Virus record (IMG/VR): IMGVR_UViG_3300042154_002208
From: a virus
Taxonomy: Duplodnaviria; Caudoviricetes
Length of the DNA stretch: 64,000 nt
Strand: one strand, 5' to 3'
Within the stretch, counting starts at the first letter, position 1, and every line of letters starts with the position of its first letter. Position numbers and translations under genes: made by a program. Positions 7,269 through 16,451 of this stretch are shown here, one piece after another. The notes below the pieces were generated by a model that saw only the letters and a program-made list of their open reading frames with translations, made no database searches and was not told the origin of the DNA.

Positions 7269-7311
7269 CAGTAATGAAAGGTCGCCGTTACTGATATATT
7301 TTGAAGCGACT
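7269..7311 (+). promoter_or_regulatory. candidate H-type pseudoknot in the 5' UTR of the wHTH gene
   Basis: Stem1 CAGTAAT/GTTACTG (7269-75/7287-93); Stem2 GGTCGC/GCGACT (7280-85/7306-11); loops of 4, 1 and 12 nt. Confidence 0.5.
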
Positions 7312-7334
7312 GTTTTATTTAATGGAGATATTAT

Positions 7335-7586
7335 ATGGTTAAAGACCGTGTATTAAAAGTTCTTTTGTCTGGTCGTCAATTCACACCCGCCCAATTAGCA
7401 GGTTTGACTGGCACTTCTGAGGGCAGCGTTCGTCCTCGTATCAGTGAGCTTCGTTCTGAAGGTCACGCAATCTATACCAATTCTACTAAGAATGGTAAAA
7501 CAGCATATCGCTTGGGTACCCCATCCCGCACAATGGTAGCAGCAGCTTATGCTACTATGGGTAGCGATGCTTTCACTAGTATTTAA
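7335..7586 (+). CDS. small winged-helix DNA-binding protein
   Basis: FTPAQLAGLTGTSEGSVRPRISELRSEG HTH followed by wing IYT..TKNGKTAYRLG; GGAG SD. Confidence 0.7.
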   Translation: MVKDRVLKVLLSGRQFTPAQLAGLTGTSEGSVRPRISELRSEGHAIYTNSTKNGKTAYRLGTPSRTMVAAAYATMGSDAFTSI

Positions 7587-7674
7587 TTAAACTAGTCGAA
7601 CACTTCTACCATTCGAGCCACATTCGATAAAGTGTTTCCGCATGGCGTAAGCGGAATAAATTTTAAAGTATATC

Positions 7675-7965
7675 ATGCCACTATTTATCGTTGAAACTAT
7701 TACTACATTTCGTCATTACTATGCCATTGAGTGTGAGTCAGCAGAACACGCTGAAGACACAGTAGTTATGCAAGAAGCTCAAGAACTAGACCAAAAATGT
7801 TTAGGCGAGACCATTGTATCAACACGAGAAATTACTACTAAAGAATTTTATCAAATTGCAAAAGACAGTATGAACGGACATCTTGCTGAGAAAATGATTC
7901 ATAAAGTAGATTACGGTAATCACACTCAACCTAATCACGCAAGTAATGTGGATGGATATGTATAA
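7675..7965 (+). CDS. hypothetical protein
   Basis: 96-aa ORF with phage-typical codon use; no recognisable motif. Confidence 0.7.
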   Translation: MPLFIVETITTFRHYYAIECESAEHAEDTVVMQEAQELDQKCLGETIVSTREITTKEFYQIAKDSMNGHLAEKMIHKVDYGNHTQPNHASNVDGYV

Positions 7966-8518
7966 TTTTGAAGATCCCAAAGTTCGCAAAGAAGCAAAAC
8001 GTCTACATCAGATCAGACGTTTAGATGCCAGACCACTTACTGCAGATGAGGATGCCATTGCTACAGCATTTGGTAAATGGGATTATCAAAAGAAAAAAGA
8101 AAGCTTGACTCCTGAGCAAAAAGCGGCAATTAGAGTCAAAACTCGTATTGCGAATAGAGCAAAGAAAGCATCGCCTGAAAAATTCGGTATTACCGAATAC
8201 GTTGCTCTAAAGAATCGAGTTGCCGCTCATGAGAAAAAAGGTCGTAAGATGACGTTTAATCTTACTCCCCAATATATTCAGAGCAAGTTCGACGCATGCG
8301 AAGGTAAATGTGCCGTCACTAAACTTCCTTTTAGTATGGAACTTGGCACAAAGGGCAATAGAAATCCATTCCGTCCTAGCGTAGATCGTATTAACTCTAA
8401 AAAAGGGTATGTCAAAGGCAATATTCAGATTATTCTGGCAATTGTTAACACCATGAAGATGGATTATACTGATGATATACTACATCCGGTAATTAAAGCA
8501 TGGCATAAAAACATCTAA
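7958..8518 (+). CDS. putative His-Me/HNH-like endonuclease
   Basis: C..KCAVT...PSVDRINSKKGYVKGNIQII; start set at ATG 7958, overlapping the upstream stop. Confidence 0.65.
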   Translation: MYNFEDPKVRKEAKRLHQIRRLDARPLTADEDAIATAFGKWDYQKKKESLTPEQKAAIRVKTRIANRAKKASPEKFGITEYVALKNRVAAHEKKGRKMTFNLTPQYIQSKFDACEGKCAVTKLPFSMELGTKGNRNPFRPSVDRINSKKGYVKGNIQIILAIVNTMKMDYTDDILHPVIKAWHKNI

Positions 8519-8526
8519 TTTACACT

Positions 8527-8550
8527 AAAGCCGGCGTTAATCGCCGGTTT
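8527..8550. terminator. intrinsic terminator hairpin
   Basis: AAAGCCGGCG-TTAAT-CGCCGGTTT stem-loop between the early block and the late block. Confidence 0.65.
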
Positions 8551-8576
8551 CCTACGAGTTCCGCAACTTTAATTTA

Positions 8577-8584
8577 TATAAATA
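8577..8584 (+). promoter_or_regulatory. T4-type late promoter
   Basis: TATAAATA upstream of ORF 8614. Confidence 0.75.
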
Positions 8585-8613
8585 TAAGTATAATTCGTTT
8601 CAATGGACTAAAA

Positions 8614-9963
8614 ATGCAGGCAAGACTTTCATTCAAAGCGTATAGGGCGCTTGTCGAATCTCACGATTTCTCAAATCTAACACCCTATCACCAATATAAA
8701 ACAGAAGATGGACACGATGTGCATGTGCATGTCTTTAGAGACGGTGATCATAAAACAGCAATTTTCCATAACAATACATTAGGTGCAATTACAAAGATTG
8801 TGTCTTTTCCTCACTCTTCTAATCTAAGCAAAGAAGAATTAGTCCATGCAGGAAAAGAAGTAAAGCATGATAATATTATGGAAGCGGCCGCGCCATCATT
8901 AGATGCGGATACCGCAGGCAAAGTAGCTGAAGTTGCTCTGGCAAAAGAGATGATCAACCATAAACACAAGCAAGCAGGCACATTTGGTGCTGCCGAACAT
9001 AAAAAAGAATTAAAGCCATACAACGATGAGATGATTCAATTGTCTAGCGGCAAAGATGCAGATCAAATTGCCATTAGAGAAGCTCACGGCAAAGCAATGG
9101 CAGCAGGAGTTATTAAACATATCGACGAACATCATCCTGGCGCAACAGTTACAGATGTGGGTAGAACTGCTAAACCTGGAGATATTGCTAGATTTACAAA
9201 AGGTGTTCATACTGACGGACAAGAGAATCCATCAGATGTTACTTTAAAATTAAATCACCCCGATGGAGCTGAAACATATATGGGAGTGTCCGCAAAGTCA
9301 ACGGGCAAATCTTCTGGCAATATTACTGCAAAAAATCCAGGTGTTGCGGGACAAGATGAATTTTTATCAAGTGGTCCGGCAACAAGAAAATCTAGAGCAA
9401 ATGAAATTGCTCAAGAAGGTAGAGCAGCAATTCTCAAAAAATATAAATTAGAAGGTCTGCCAGATAAGTCTACTAAAGGCGATTCAAGAAAAGCTAGAGT
9501 TACATCAGTTAATCCTGAAACAGGAAAACCCGAAATTAATGAACTCGGCAAAAAGATGAATGTAGAGTTTAAAAAGAATAATGAAGAAACTGCACGCGAA
9601 TTGCAAATACAATTAGGACACCTTGCATCATTGGGCCCTAAAGGTCACGCACATATTGGAAAATGGTTGCATAGCAATCTAGTATCTTCCGAAGGTATGC
9701 CATGGATCAAGGCAACAGGGCACGGTAAGGAAATGAATAAGGTTCATGCTGTTGTTAAGCCTGGTAGCGATTCTCCGTTAAATGCAGTATTAACAGATAA
9801 GAAGACCAGATATGCGGTTCATCGTTCCACATCTGCAGTAACAGTACACAAAGAAGAAAAAGATGGGACACATATTCCAATCGTTAGAATTGGGGCAAAA
9901 CCCAAATCACACGGGGCATATTCAAGCCAAGTATATAACTTCACACCATCGAGTAATTTCTAA
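8614..9963 (+). CDS. putative head-packaged protein with PD-(D/E)xK-like nuclease motif
   Basis: N-terminal LSFKAYRALVE; GKVAEVAL...NPSDVTLK...MGVSAKS. Confidence 0.5.
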   Translation: MQARLSFKAYRALVESHDFSNLTPYHQYKTEDGHDVHVHVFRDGDHKTAIFHNNTLGAITKIVSFPHSSNLSKEELVHAGKEVKHDNIMEAAAPSLDADTAGKVAEVALAKEMINHKHKQAGTFGAAEHKKELKPYNDEMIQLSSGKDADQIAIREAHGKAMAAGVIKHIDEHHPGATVTDVGRTAKPGDIARFTKGVHTDGQENPSDVTLKLNHPDGAETYMGVSAKSTGKSSGNITAKNPGVAGQDEFLSSGPATRKSRANEIAQEGRAAILKKYKLEGLPDKSTKGDSRKARVTSVNPETGKPEINELGKKMNVEFKKNNEETARELQIQLGHLASLGPKGHAHIGKWLHSNLVSSEGMPWIKATGHGKEMNKVHAVVKPGSDSPLNAVLTDKKTRYAVHRSTSAVTVHKEEKDGTHIPIVRIGAKPKSHGAYSSQVYNFTPSSNF

Positions 9964-11132
9964 TGTTATCATTTGGCACATACTTAGTTGAATCTGCGAA
10001 CGAGGAAAAGTTAACACACCTCGAACACGCAGAAGATCACCCTATTAATGCAGGGGAAGAAGGCTTTAAGCACGTATTCAATACTTTAAACGAAACACAC
10101 AATGCTTTGTTAGGCAAAAGATCAAAGGCATCTTTATCCACAAAGTATGATGGCTCGCCTAGTATTGTGTTTGGCACTCACCCGGAGTTTCCTAGATTCT
10201 TTGTTGCATCCAAATCTGCATTCAACAAGAATCCCAAATTAAATTTTACAGAATCTGATATTGAAAAGAATCATGGTCACGCACCCGGACTTGTTGCCAA
10301 ATTAAAAGCAGCTCTATACCACTTGCCTAAAGTAACTCCCAACGAAGGGGTGTTTCAAGGCGACGTAATGTATAATAAGTCGGATAAAGATGTGTCAGAC
10401 TCTGGCGGGTCATATCATTTTAAGCCTAACACAATTACATACTCTGCTAAAAAGGGCAGTGAAGAAGGGCAAAAGATCAAAGATGCTAAATTTGGTGTGG
10501 CAGTTCATACAGCATATCGTGGAGATACGCTTGAGAACATGAAGGCTGAGTATAACACCGACACTTCTAAATTTAATTCACATCCAGATGTGCACGTAGT
10601 TGATACTAAGTTTGATCCTAAGACTGCACATTATACCCCTGATGCTCAACAAGAATATCATTCTCATATGGCAAAGGCAGTTGAAGCTCACAATGATTTA
10701 CCCAATTACGATCATCTCGAAGGTCACGACGTATCATTAAAGACATATATTAATTCAACTGTGAGAGACACCTCAATACCATCGGTAGAGGGTTATAAAA
10801 AACATCTACAAGGTTCTCTGCAGAAAGACATTGACAAAGTTAAAACCGATAAAGCCAAACAAAACAAAGCTGCGGATATGAATGAAAAGTTAGATCATAT
10901 TGATACCAATAAAGATTCATTTAAAAAGACTTTGGATATTCATAAACATCTGCAAAATGCAAAAAATGTTTTGGTTAATACCATGTCAAATGCAGATTAT
11001 AAATTTCATCATAGTATTGATGGTAAAAAAGTTAAACCCGAAGGTCATGTTGCAGTATTAAACAACAGACCCACAAAACTAGTAGATAGAGCAGAATTTA
11101 GTGCAGCTAACTTTGCAGCGAGACCAAGATGA
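9963..11132 (+). CDS. conserved T4-like phage protein with ligase-type KxDG motif (probably DUF6267-like)
   Basis: HLEHAED, STKYDGSPSIVFG, FFVASKS, VFQGDVMY, FKPNTITY; N-terminal MLSFGTYLVE. Confidence 0.6.
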   Translation: MLSFGTYLVESANEEKLTHLEHAEDHPINAGEEGFKHVFNTLNETHNALLGKRSKASLSTKYDGSPSIVFGTHPEFPRFFVASKSAFNKNPKLNFTESDIEKNHGHAPGLVAKLKAALYHLPKVTPNEGVFQGDVMYNKSDKDVSDSGGSYHFKPNTITYSAKKGSEEGQKIKDAKFGVAVHTAYRGDTLENMKAEYNTDTSKFNSHPDVHVVDTKFDPKTAHYTPDAQQEYHSHMAKAVEAHNDLPNYDHLEGHDVSLKTYINSTVRDTSIPSVEGYKKHLQGSLQKDIDKVKTDKAKQNKAADMNEKLDHIDTNKDSFKKTLDIHKHLQNAKNVLVNTMSNADYKFHHSIDGKKVKPEGHVAVLNNRPTKLVDRAEFSAANFAARPR

Positions 11133-11563
11133 AAACATTTAAACAAGTACGAGAAGAATTGCTTTATGAAAATAAAGATGCTTGCTATTATAAAGTCAAA
11201 AGCCGCTATAGCGTTTGGCCTTCAGCATATGCTAGCGGAGCGTTAGTTAAATGCCGCAAAGTTGGTGCGGCAAATTGGGGAAATTCTAGTAAAAATGAAG
11301 ATACAATCGCAGATACTACTGTACAAGTAGATGAAAATTTAAACAAATGGTTTAAAGACAAATGGGTTCGTTTTGGACCTGATGGTAAAATACGAGGAGA
11401 TTGTGCGAGAGAAGATGATACTGAAGGTAAACCAAAATGTTTACCGCAAAGTCAAGCGCATAGTTTGGGAAAAGAAGGGCGAGCCAAAGCCGCCGCAAGA
11501 AAACGCAGAGAAGATCCTAATGCAGAACGCAGAGGCCCTGCAATTAATGTAGCTACAAAGTAA
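11129..11563 (+). CDS. putative internal head protein
   Basis: MKTFKQVREE start; basic modules (KVKSRYSVWPSAYASGALVKCRK; LNKWFKDKWV...KPKCLP). Confidence 0.65.
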   Translation: MKTFKQVREELLYENKDACYYKVKSRYSVWPSAYASGALVKCRKVGAANWGNSSKNEDTIADTTVQVDENLNKWFKDKWVRFGPDGKIRGDCAREDDTEGKPKCLPQSQAHSLGKEGRAKAAARKRREDPNAERRGPAINVATK

Positions 11564-11569
11564 ATTAAA

Positions 11570-12259
11570 ATGAAAACATTTAAACAACTAATAGAAGAAA
11601 TTCAATCCATTGACGAAGGCAATCGTCCCGGGTTATGGGATAACATTCACGCAAAACGCAAACGAATCAAATCTGGATCCGGAGAACGTATGCGTGCACC
11701 TGGAAGTGATGGCGCGCCATCCAAACAAGACTTTAAAAATGCGTCAGAAACCGTGGCAGAAGCCAAAAAAGACAAAGCCAAGGGTGCCGACGGTAAAGCA
11801 TGCTGGGATGGATATCGTTACAGTGGTACAACAAACGGCAAAGATGATTGTGTTAAGGTTGAAGAAGCGGAAGAACTGTTTGACTTAATCGAAGATGTGA
11901 TCGAAGATATTGCAAAAGAAAACAATGTTGATTCAGATGTGATTTGGGAAGACCTTAAAGATATCTCAGATGAGGATCTATTTGAAGTCGCAGCTTGGCA
12001 ACGCAAAGAGGGAAAGAATCCTGAAGGCGGATTAAACGCTAAGGGTGTTGCTTCATATCGTAGAGAAAATCCCGGTTCAAAACTACAAATGGCTGTAACT
12101 ACTAAACCATCTAAATTAAAGCCCGGAAGTAAAGCAGCTAATAGAAGAAAATCTTTTTGTGCTCGTATGGGCGGAATGAAGAAGCGATTAACATCTGCAG
12201 AGACTGCTAGAGATCCTGATTCAAGAATTAACAAAGCACTAAGAAAGTGGAATTGTTAA
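11570..12259 (+). CDS. putative internal head protein
   Basis: MKTFKQLIEE start; C-terminal AAWQRKEGKNPEGGLN...RRKSFCARM...KWNC module; several (I/L/V)xE sites. Confidence 0.65.
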   Translation: MKTFKQLIEEIQSIDEGNRPGLWDNIHAKRKRIKSGSGERMRAPGSDGAPSKQDFKNASETVAEAKKDKAKGADGKACWDGYRYSGTTNGKDDCVKVEEAEELFDLIEDVIEDIAKENNVDSDVIWEDLKDISDEDLFEVAAWQRKEGKNPEGGLNAKGVASYRRENPGSKLQMAVTTKPSKLKPGSKAANRRKSFCARMGGMKKRLTSAETARDPDSRINKALRKWNC

Positions 12260-12352
12260 TGCTTCTTATCACTGAGCCTCATAGCATATAATAACATCAT
12301 GTCAATAGTTTGTCTATAAATTTTGGTTAACTTTGGATAAAAAGGAGGCAAG

Positions 12353-12451
12353 ATGAGCTGGTTCAAACACAAACCTAAAAAAAATCCCCCTAAACCAAAA
12401 CACCCCTATCCTATACCTCCGATAAACCAAACATCCTTATTTTATAAATAA
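12353..12451 (+). CDS. 32-aa Pro/Lys-rich peptide (absent from the ORF track)
   Basis: AAGGAGG SD then ATG; translates MSWFKHKPKKNPPKPKHPYPIPPINQTSLFYK; TATAAATT late-like box at 12315. Confidence 0.5.
   Translation: MSWFKHKPKKNPPKPKHPYPIPPINQTSLFYK
12443..12450 (+). promoter_or_regulatory. T4-type late promoter
   Basis: TATAAATA upstream of the ORF starting at 12472/12481. Confidence 0.75.
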
Positions 12452-12480
12452 TAAGTATCAACTATATTCTAATGGACCAC

Positions 12481-14418
12481 ATGGACTTTAAACAATTCAT
12501 CACAGAAGCGCCTGAAAAAACAGCAGCTTTTGCCTTTGGGCGATTCAATCCGCCTACCGTTGGACACGAAAAACTCATTAATAAAGTCAAATCCGTTGCC
12601 GATGAGCACAATGCTACTGCACATATTGTAGCATCCCATTCTGAAGGTACATCAAAAGATCCTGTTCCTGCCAAGGCCAAGGTAGGATATCTAAAACACG
12701 TAGCACCTGAAGGCACTAAGGTATCAGGTGCTTCTAAAGACTCTCCAACTTTTTTACACGCTGCAGCAAAATTGCACGGCCAAGGCTATAAGCATTTGGT
12801 TATGGTGGCTGGTTCGGATCGTGTGGATGAGTATCACAAAACATTAAACAAGTATAACAATGTCGCCAGCAAGCACGGCCACTACAATTTTAAATCAATT
12901 AAAGTAGTTTCAGCTGGGCAAAGAGACCCTGATGCAGAAGGCGTAGAGGGAATGTCTGGAACTAAGATCCGTGCTCATGCCAGAGCAGGTGAAATGAAAC
13001 AATTTAAATCTGGTCTTCCTAAAGCATTACATCCTCATGCAGAGGAAATTGCCAACCATATCAAAGCGGTTAAAGAAGATTACGAAAATCCAAATAGATT
13101 TGATTGGGGAACACCTGCGGGCACAGATCATGCCATCGGTATGACTCCTGAAATGAAGATTGTTTGTCCTGTTGGTGAAGTATTCAGTAAGGATAAAGGA
13201 ATGTGCGTGCCAGTAAGAGAGTCTTACATAGCAGGCGAGATTTTTAAATTAAACGATTTAGTTGAATCAACTAACGGGACACGGGGCAAGATCGTATATA
13301 GAGGCTCATCATACGTTACCATACAACAAGAAAACGGCGATACATCTAAACATTGGCTAAAAGACATACAAGAAATATTTGGCGAAAAAGCAGGCACAGG
13401 ACTACACGTTGATCTACGCCCCAAATTATCTAAGACTTCAAAGTTACAAAACTTCAAGAAATTTTCTGACGGACCTCAGGAAAAAGAAAAAATCAAATAC
13501 AAAGGCGCATATAAGCCAGCATATGTTGAGGGAAAACAAATCCCTGCATTGTTCCTATCCAAAGAACAATTGTCTGAAATGAGCAACAGTAGAATGGAAG
13601 TTACATTCGATGGTTATACCTCATCATTTATTCATACGTGCCCTGGTGCATCGGCTCAATTAAAAGAATTAATTGCCAGAGTTGAACTTCCAAAGAAATA
13701 TGTTTTGCAGGCAATTATGGCAACAGATCAATATCTTGAAATTGAAAAAGAAGCAAAGGCAAAAGGCTTTGCGAATGATCAAATGATTCATGACTTTAAT
13801 ATGAAGTTTGCTATTGCACATGACACAATGAATATACTAGGTGTTGAAGATAAGGATTTACTGTATATGCAAACACATTTGAAAACCATGTCCGACCTTA
13901 ATATGCATAGAGATGGCACATATGCAAATGATCCAGGCTCAACAGTAACAGTTGTGGGCGCCGGCAGTGTAGAAGAAGATGTTGCGTCTGCAGATTTTGA
14001 ATATATTCCAAGCAAAGACCCAATAACCGGTAAAGTAACATACGTTAAGCATCGTGCTAGAATGATAGATACTTCTACCAAAGAACGACCAAAGACTTTA
14101 TCTTCAATTAGACAGAGTCAAAAAGATAAAGATGAGGAAAACAAAATGAAACTCAAAGAAGCAAGTGAGAGAGATGTCAACTTTACAGACAATAAAGATG
14201 TATTTCATGGCATAGATAAGCCCATTGCTGGTCAAGGTCACCCTGACAAACCAGTTGGTATGGTATCATTCAAATCGTTTATTCAAGATCCACAACATCA
14301 AGCATTTACAAAATATCATGATGCTGATAGACAAGAAGTTCATGCAGCACAGGCAAAGATTGCAGGGCAAAAGTCATCCGCATATAAAATGATGAAGAAA
14401 GCTAGCCAGGCAGAATAA
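12481..14418 (+). CDS. HIGH-family (cytidyltransferase/NMNAT-like) nucleotidyltransferase with long C-terminal extension
   Basis: FGRFNPPTVGHEKL, VAGSDRV, SAGQRDPD, MSGTKIR; SH3/KOW-like segment; MDFKQFITE start. Confidence 0.8.
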   Translation: MDFKQFITEAPEKTAAFAFGRFNPPTVGHEKLINKVKSVADEHNATAHIVASHSEGTSKDPVPAKAKVGYLKHVAPEGTKVSGASKDSPTFLHAAAKLHGQGYKHLVMVAGSDRVDEYHKTLNKYNNVASKHGHYNFKSIKVVSAGQRDPDAEGVEGMSGTKIRAHARAGEMKQFKSGLPKALHPHAEEIANHIKAVKEDYENPNRFDWGTPAGTDHAIGMTPEMKIVCPVGEVFSKDKGMCVPVRESYIAGEIFKLNDLVESTNGTRGKIVYRGSSYVTIQQENGDTSKHWLKDIQEIFGEKAGTGLHVDLRPKLSKTSKLQNFKKFSDGPQEKEKIKYKGAYKPAYVEGKQIPALFLSKEQLSEMSNSRMEVTFDGYTSSFIHTCPGASAQLKELIARVELPKKYVLQAIMATDQYLEIEKEAKAKGFANDQMIHDFNMKFAIAHDTMNILGVEDKDLLYMQTHLKTMSDLNMHRDGTYANDPGSTVTVVGAGSVEEDVASADFEYIPSKDPITGKVTYVKHRARMIDTSTKERPKTLSSIRQSQKDKDEENKMKLKEASERDVNFTDNKDVFHGIDKPIAGQGHPDKPVGMVSFKSFIQDPQHQAFTKYHDADRQEVHAAQAKIAGQKSSAYKMMKKASQAE

Positions 14419-14419
14419 T

Positions 14420-14854
14420 ATGGAATTGTTGCAATTATCTTTACAGAAGACATTGGCAGATGCGTTTACAATGTACTTCAAGGCTCATACATTTCATTGG
14501 AATGTAGAGGGTCCTGATTTTAAACAGTATCACGATTTGTTTGGTGGTATCTATGAAGAAGTATATGGATCTATAGATTTGCTTGCTGAGCATATTCGAC
14601 AAATTGACGCATATACACCTACATCATTAAAACAACTCTCAGGGCTTACAGTTGTAACTGAAGATGAAACTGTAATGCCAGCGTTACAAATGATTAAAAG
14701 TTTAATGGATGCAAACAGCATGGTACTTGCTTCATTAATGCTTTCTTATAGAGATGCGGACAATGCATCCGAATTAGGTTTGGCAAATTTCTTGCAAGAT
14801 AGAATTGCCGCTCATCAGAAACATGCTTGGATGCTAAAAGCAACACTAAAATGA
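14420..14854 (+). CDS. dps: Dps/ferritin-like DNA-protection protein
   Basis: KAHTFHWNVEGPDF..YHDLF..IYEE....D.LAEHIR...HQKHAWML. Confidence 0.92.
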   Translation: MELLQLSLQKTLADAFTMYFKAHTFHWNVEGPDFKQYHDLFGGIYEEVYGSIDLLAEHIRQIDAYTPTSLKQLSGLTVVTEDETVMPALQMIKSLMDANSMVLASLMLSYRDADNASELGLANFLQDRIAAHQKHAWMLKATLK

Positions 14855-15303
14855 TTACTTTTCAAGAATTTTTAAGTACCGATATAACGGAAGAAGAATT
14901 AGATTCTATTGTGGAAGAACTACAATGGGAAGACATTGAGCATTTATATGCAGACGACGAATTTGAAAATGAATTAGATGAAGCTCTTTCTGCAACAGCT
15001 AGAATGCAAAAATCGCAAAAATTTAAATCTAGAAAAACAGCAGTTGGACAAGCTCGCAGATTAAAATTAAGACGAGCATCATCTACAGATGTTATTAATC
15101 GTAGATCAAAAGTTGCTGCTAGACAAATGGTAATTAGAAAACTTTTAAAAGGCAGAGATAAAAAACAATTATCCGCTGCTGAAAAAGATAGAATTGAGAA
15201 ACAAGCATCTAATATTCTAGCAGGACAAAAAGGACTCGTTGTAAGAATGATTCCTAAAGTTAGAAGTTTAGAGCGATCAAGATTAGCTGGCAAAAAGAAA
15301 TGA
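14851..15303 (+). CDS. putative internal head protein (acidic N-terminus, basic C-terminus)
   Basis: ATGA overlap with the dps stop; MITFQEFL start; LDEALS cleavage-like site. Confidence 0.65.
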   Translation: MITFQEFLSTDITEEELDSIVEELQWEDIEHLYADDEFENELDEALSATARMQKSQKFKSRKTAVGQARRLKLRRASSTDVINRRSKVAARQMVIRKLLKGRDKKQLSAAEKDRIEKQASNILAGQKGLVVRMIPKVRSLERSRLAGKKK

Positions 15304-15350
15304 TTTCGGTTAGCCATAAATAATAAATAGAATTCATTAAAGGACCTAGA

Positions 15351-16409
15351 ATGACAAGAATTACAAATGAATTGTTTGAATCAATCAGACAAATTACAAA
15401 TCCAACTCCAGTTCAAGAAGTAAAAATGGATGCGGTTGGAAAAGAAGACGCGGACATTAACAACGATAAAATTGCCGCAACTGTCAAAGAAGGCAGAGTA
15501 GATGCTGCTCACTTCTGCGCAACACACGTTGAACACGATCTATATGGTGAAGGCGAGTGCATTTCAGAAGCACATGCTGATCCAGATGAGAATGGAAATA
15601 TTGCTTGGTATACAGTACAATTTGCTGACGGTGTTCGCAAAGTACAAACCGAAGCAGTTAAAGTTAAAAAAGGCAAGATGCATGAGCATGCTGAAGCAGA
15701 TGCAGAATCAATTGAAGAAAAGAAACTACATCCTAATCAACAAGTATTAGATGTGCATGAGCCAGAGAAAGATAAATTAACTGCTAAAGATTTTGAAATG
15801 CTACGTAAGGGCAAAAAACAAAAGGCAGTCAAAGAAGGAACTATGGGCAATGCTGGAACTGTTACCATGAAACAAGTTAACAAAAGCAGCGCATCGCCTA
15901 CAGTTAAGAAAGCAATTAAAAAAGCTGCACCTGATATTAAATCTTATGCTGACAGAGCAGCTGCTCTAACAGCTGCAGGTATTAAGAGAGAATCAGTTGA
16001 AGAAGGCATATCAGAAACTATTGTTAAGCATAATGACTTTACAATCGAAATTACTGATAATCCTACATATGGTGACTTCTTAAGAGCAGTTCAATCTATT
16101 GTTAGAACAGATGAAGAATCAATGCAACAAGAAATTGTTGCTATTGCTGAAGAAGCATATGCAGAAAATTATGAAGATGTGATTATTGAATCATTCACTA
16201 GAATGGAAATTGAAGATAAGTTAGCTGCTCACCGCAAGGCGGGCAACACAGTATCAAACGATAAGTTTAGTACTAAAAACGGAGAACCTTATGCTGAGTA
16301 TGTTGTGACTGATAAAGAAGGTGGACGTAAGAAATATATTCACCATGGATCGGTTCGTCGCATGGAATCAATGCCAGGTAAAACAGCTAAATCTTCCAAA
16401 GAAGAATAA
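15351..16409 (+). CDS. putative prohead core/internal protein
   Basis: Many VKE/VEE/IEE sites; HFCATHVEH..YGEGECI SH3-like module; ATAAATA boxes upstream (15315-15329). Confidence 0.55.
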   Translation: MTRITNELFESIRQITNPTPVQEVKMDAVGKEDADINNDKIAATVKEGRVDAAHFCATHVEHDLYGEGECISEAHADPDENGNIAWYTVQFADGVRKVQTEAVKVKKGKMHEHAEADAESIEEKKLHPNQQVLDVHEPEKDKLTAKDFEMLRKGKKQKAVKEGTMGNAGTVTMKQVNKSSASPTVKKAIKKAAPDIKSYADRAAALTAAGIKRESVEEGISETIVKHNDFTIEITDNPTYGDFLRAVQSIVRTDEESMQQEIVAIAEEAYAENYEDVIIESFTRMEIEDKLAAHRKAGNTVSNDKFSTKNGEPYAEYVVTDKEGGRKKYIHHGSVRRMESMPGKTAKSSKEE

Positions 16410-16451
16410 GCACCATAGTGTTTCAATAAATATAAAAACAGGGAGACAAAA

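Noticed and set aside
12277-12305. Minus-strand TTGACA as a possible antisense promoter
   Set aside because: No acceptable -10 element at 16-18 nt spacing
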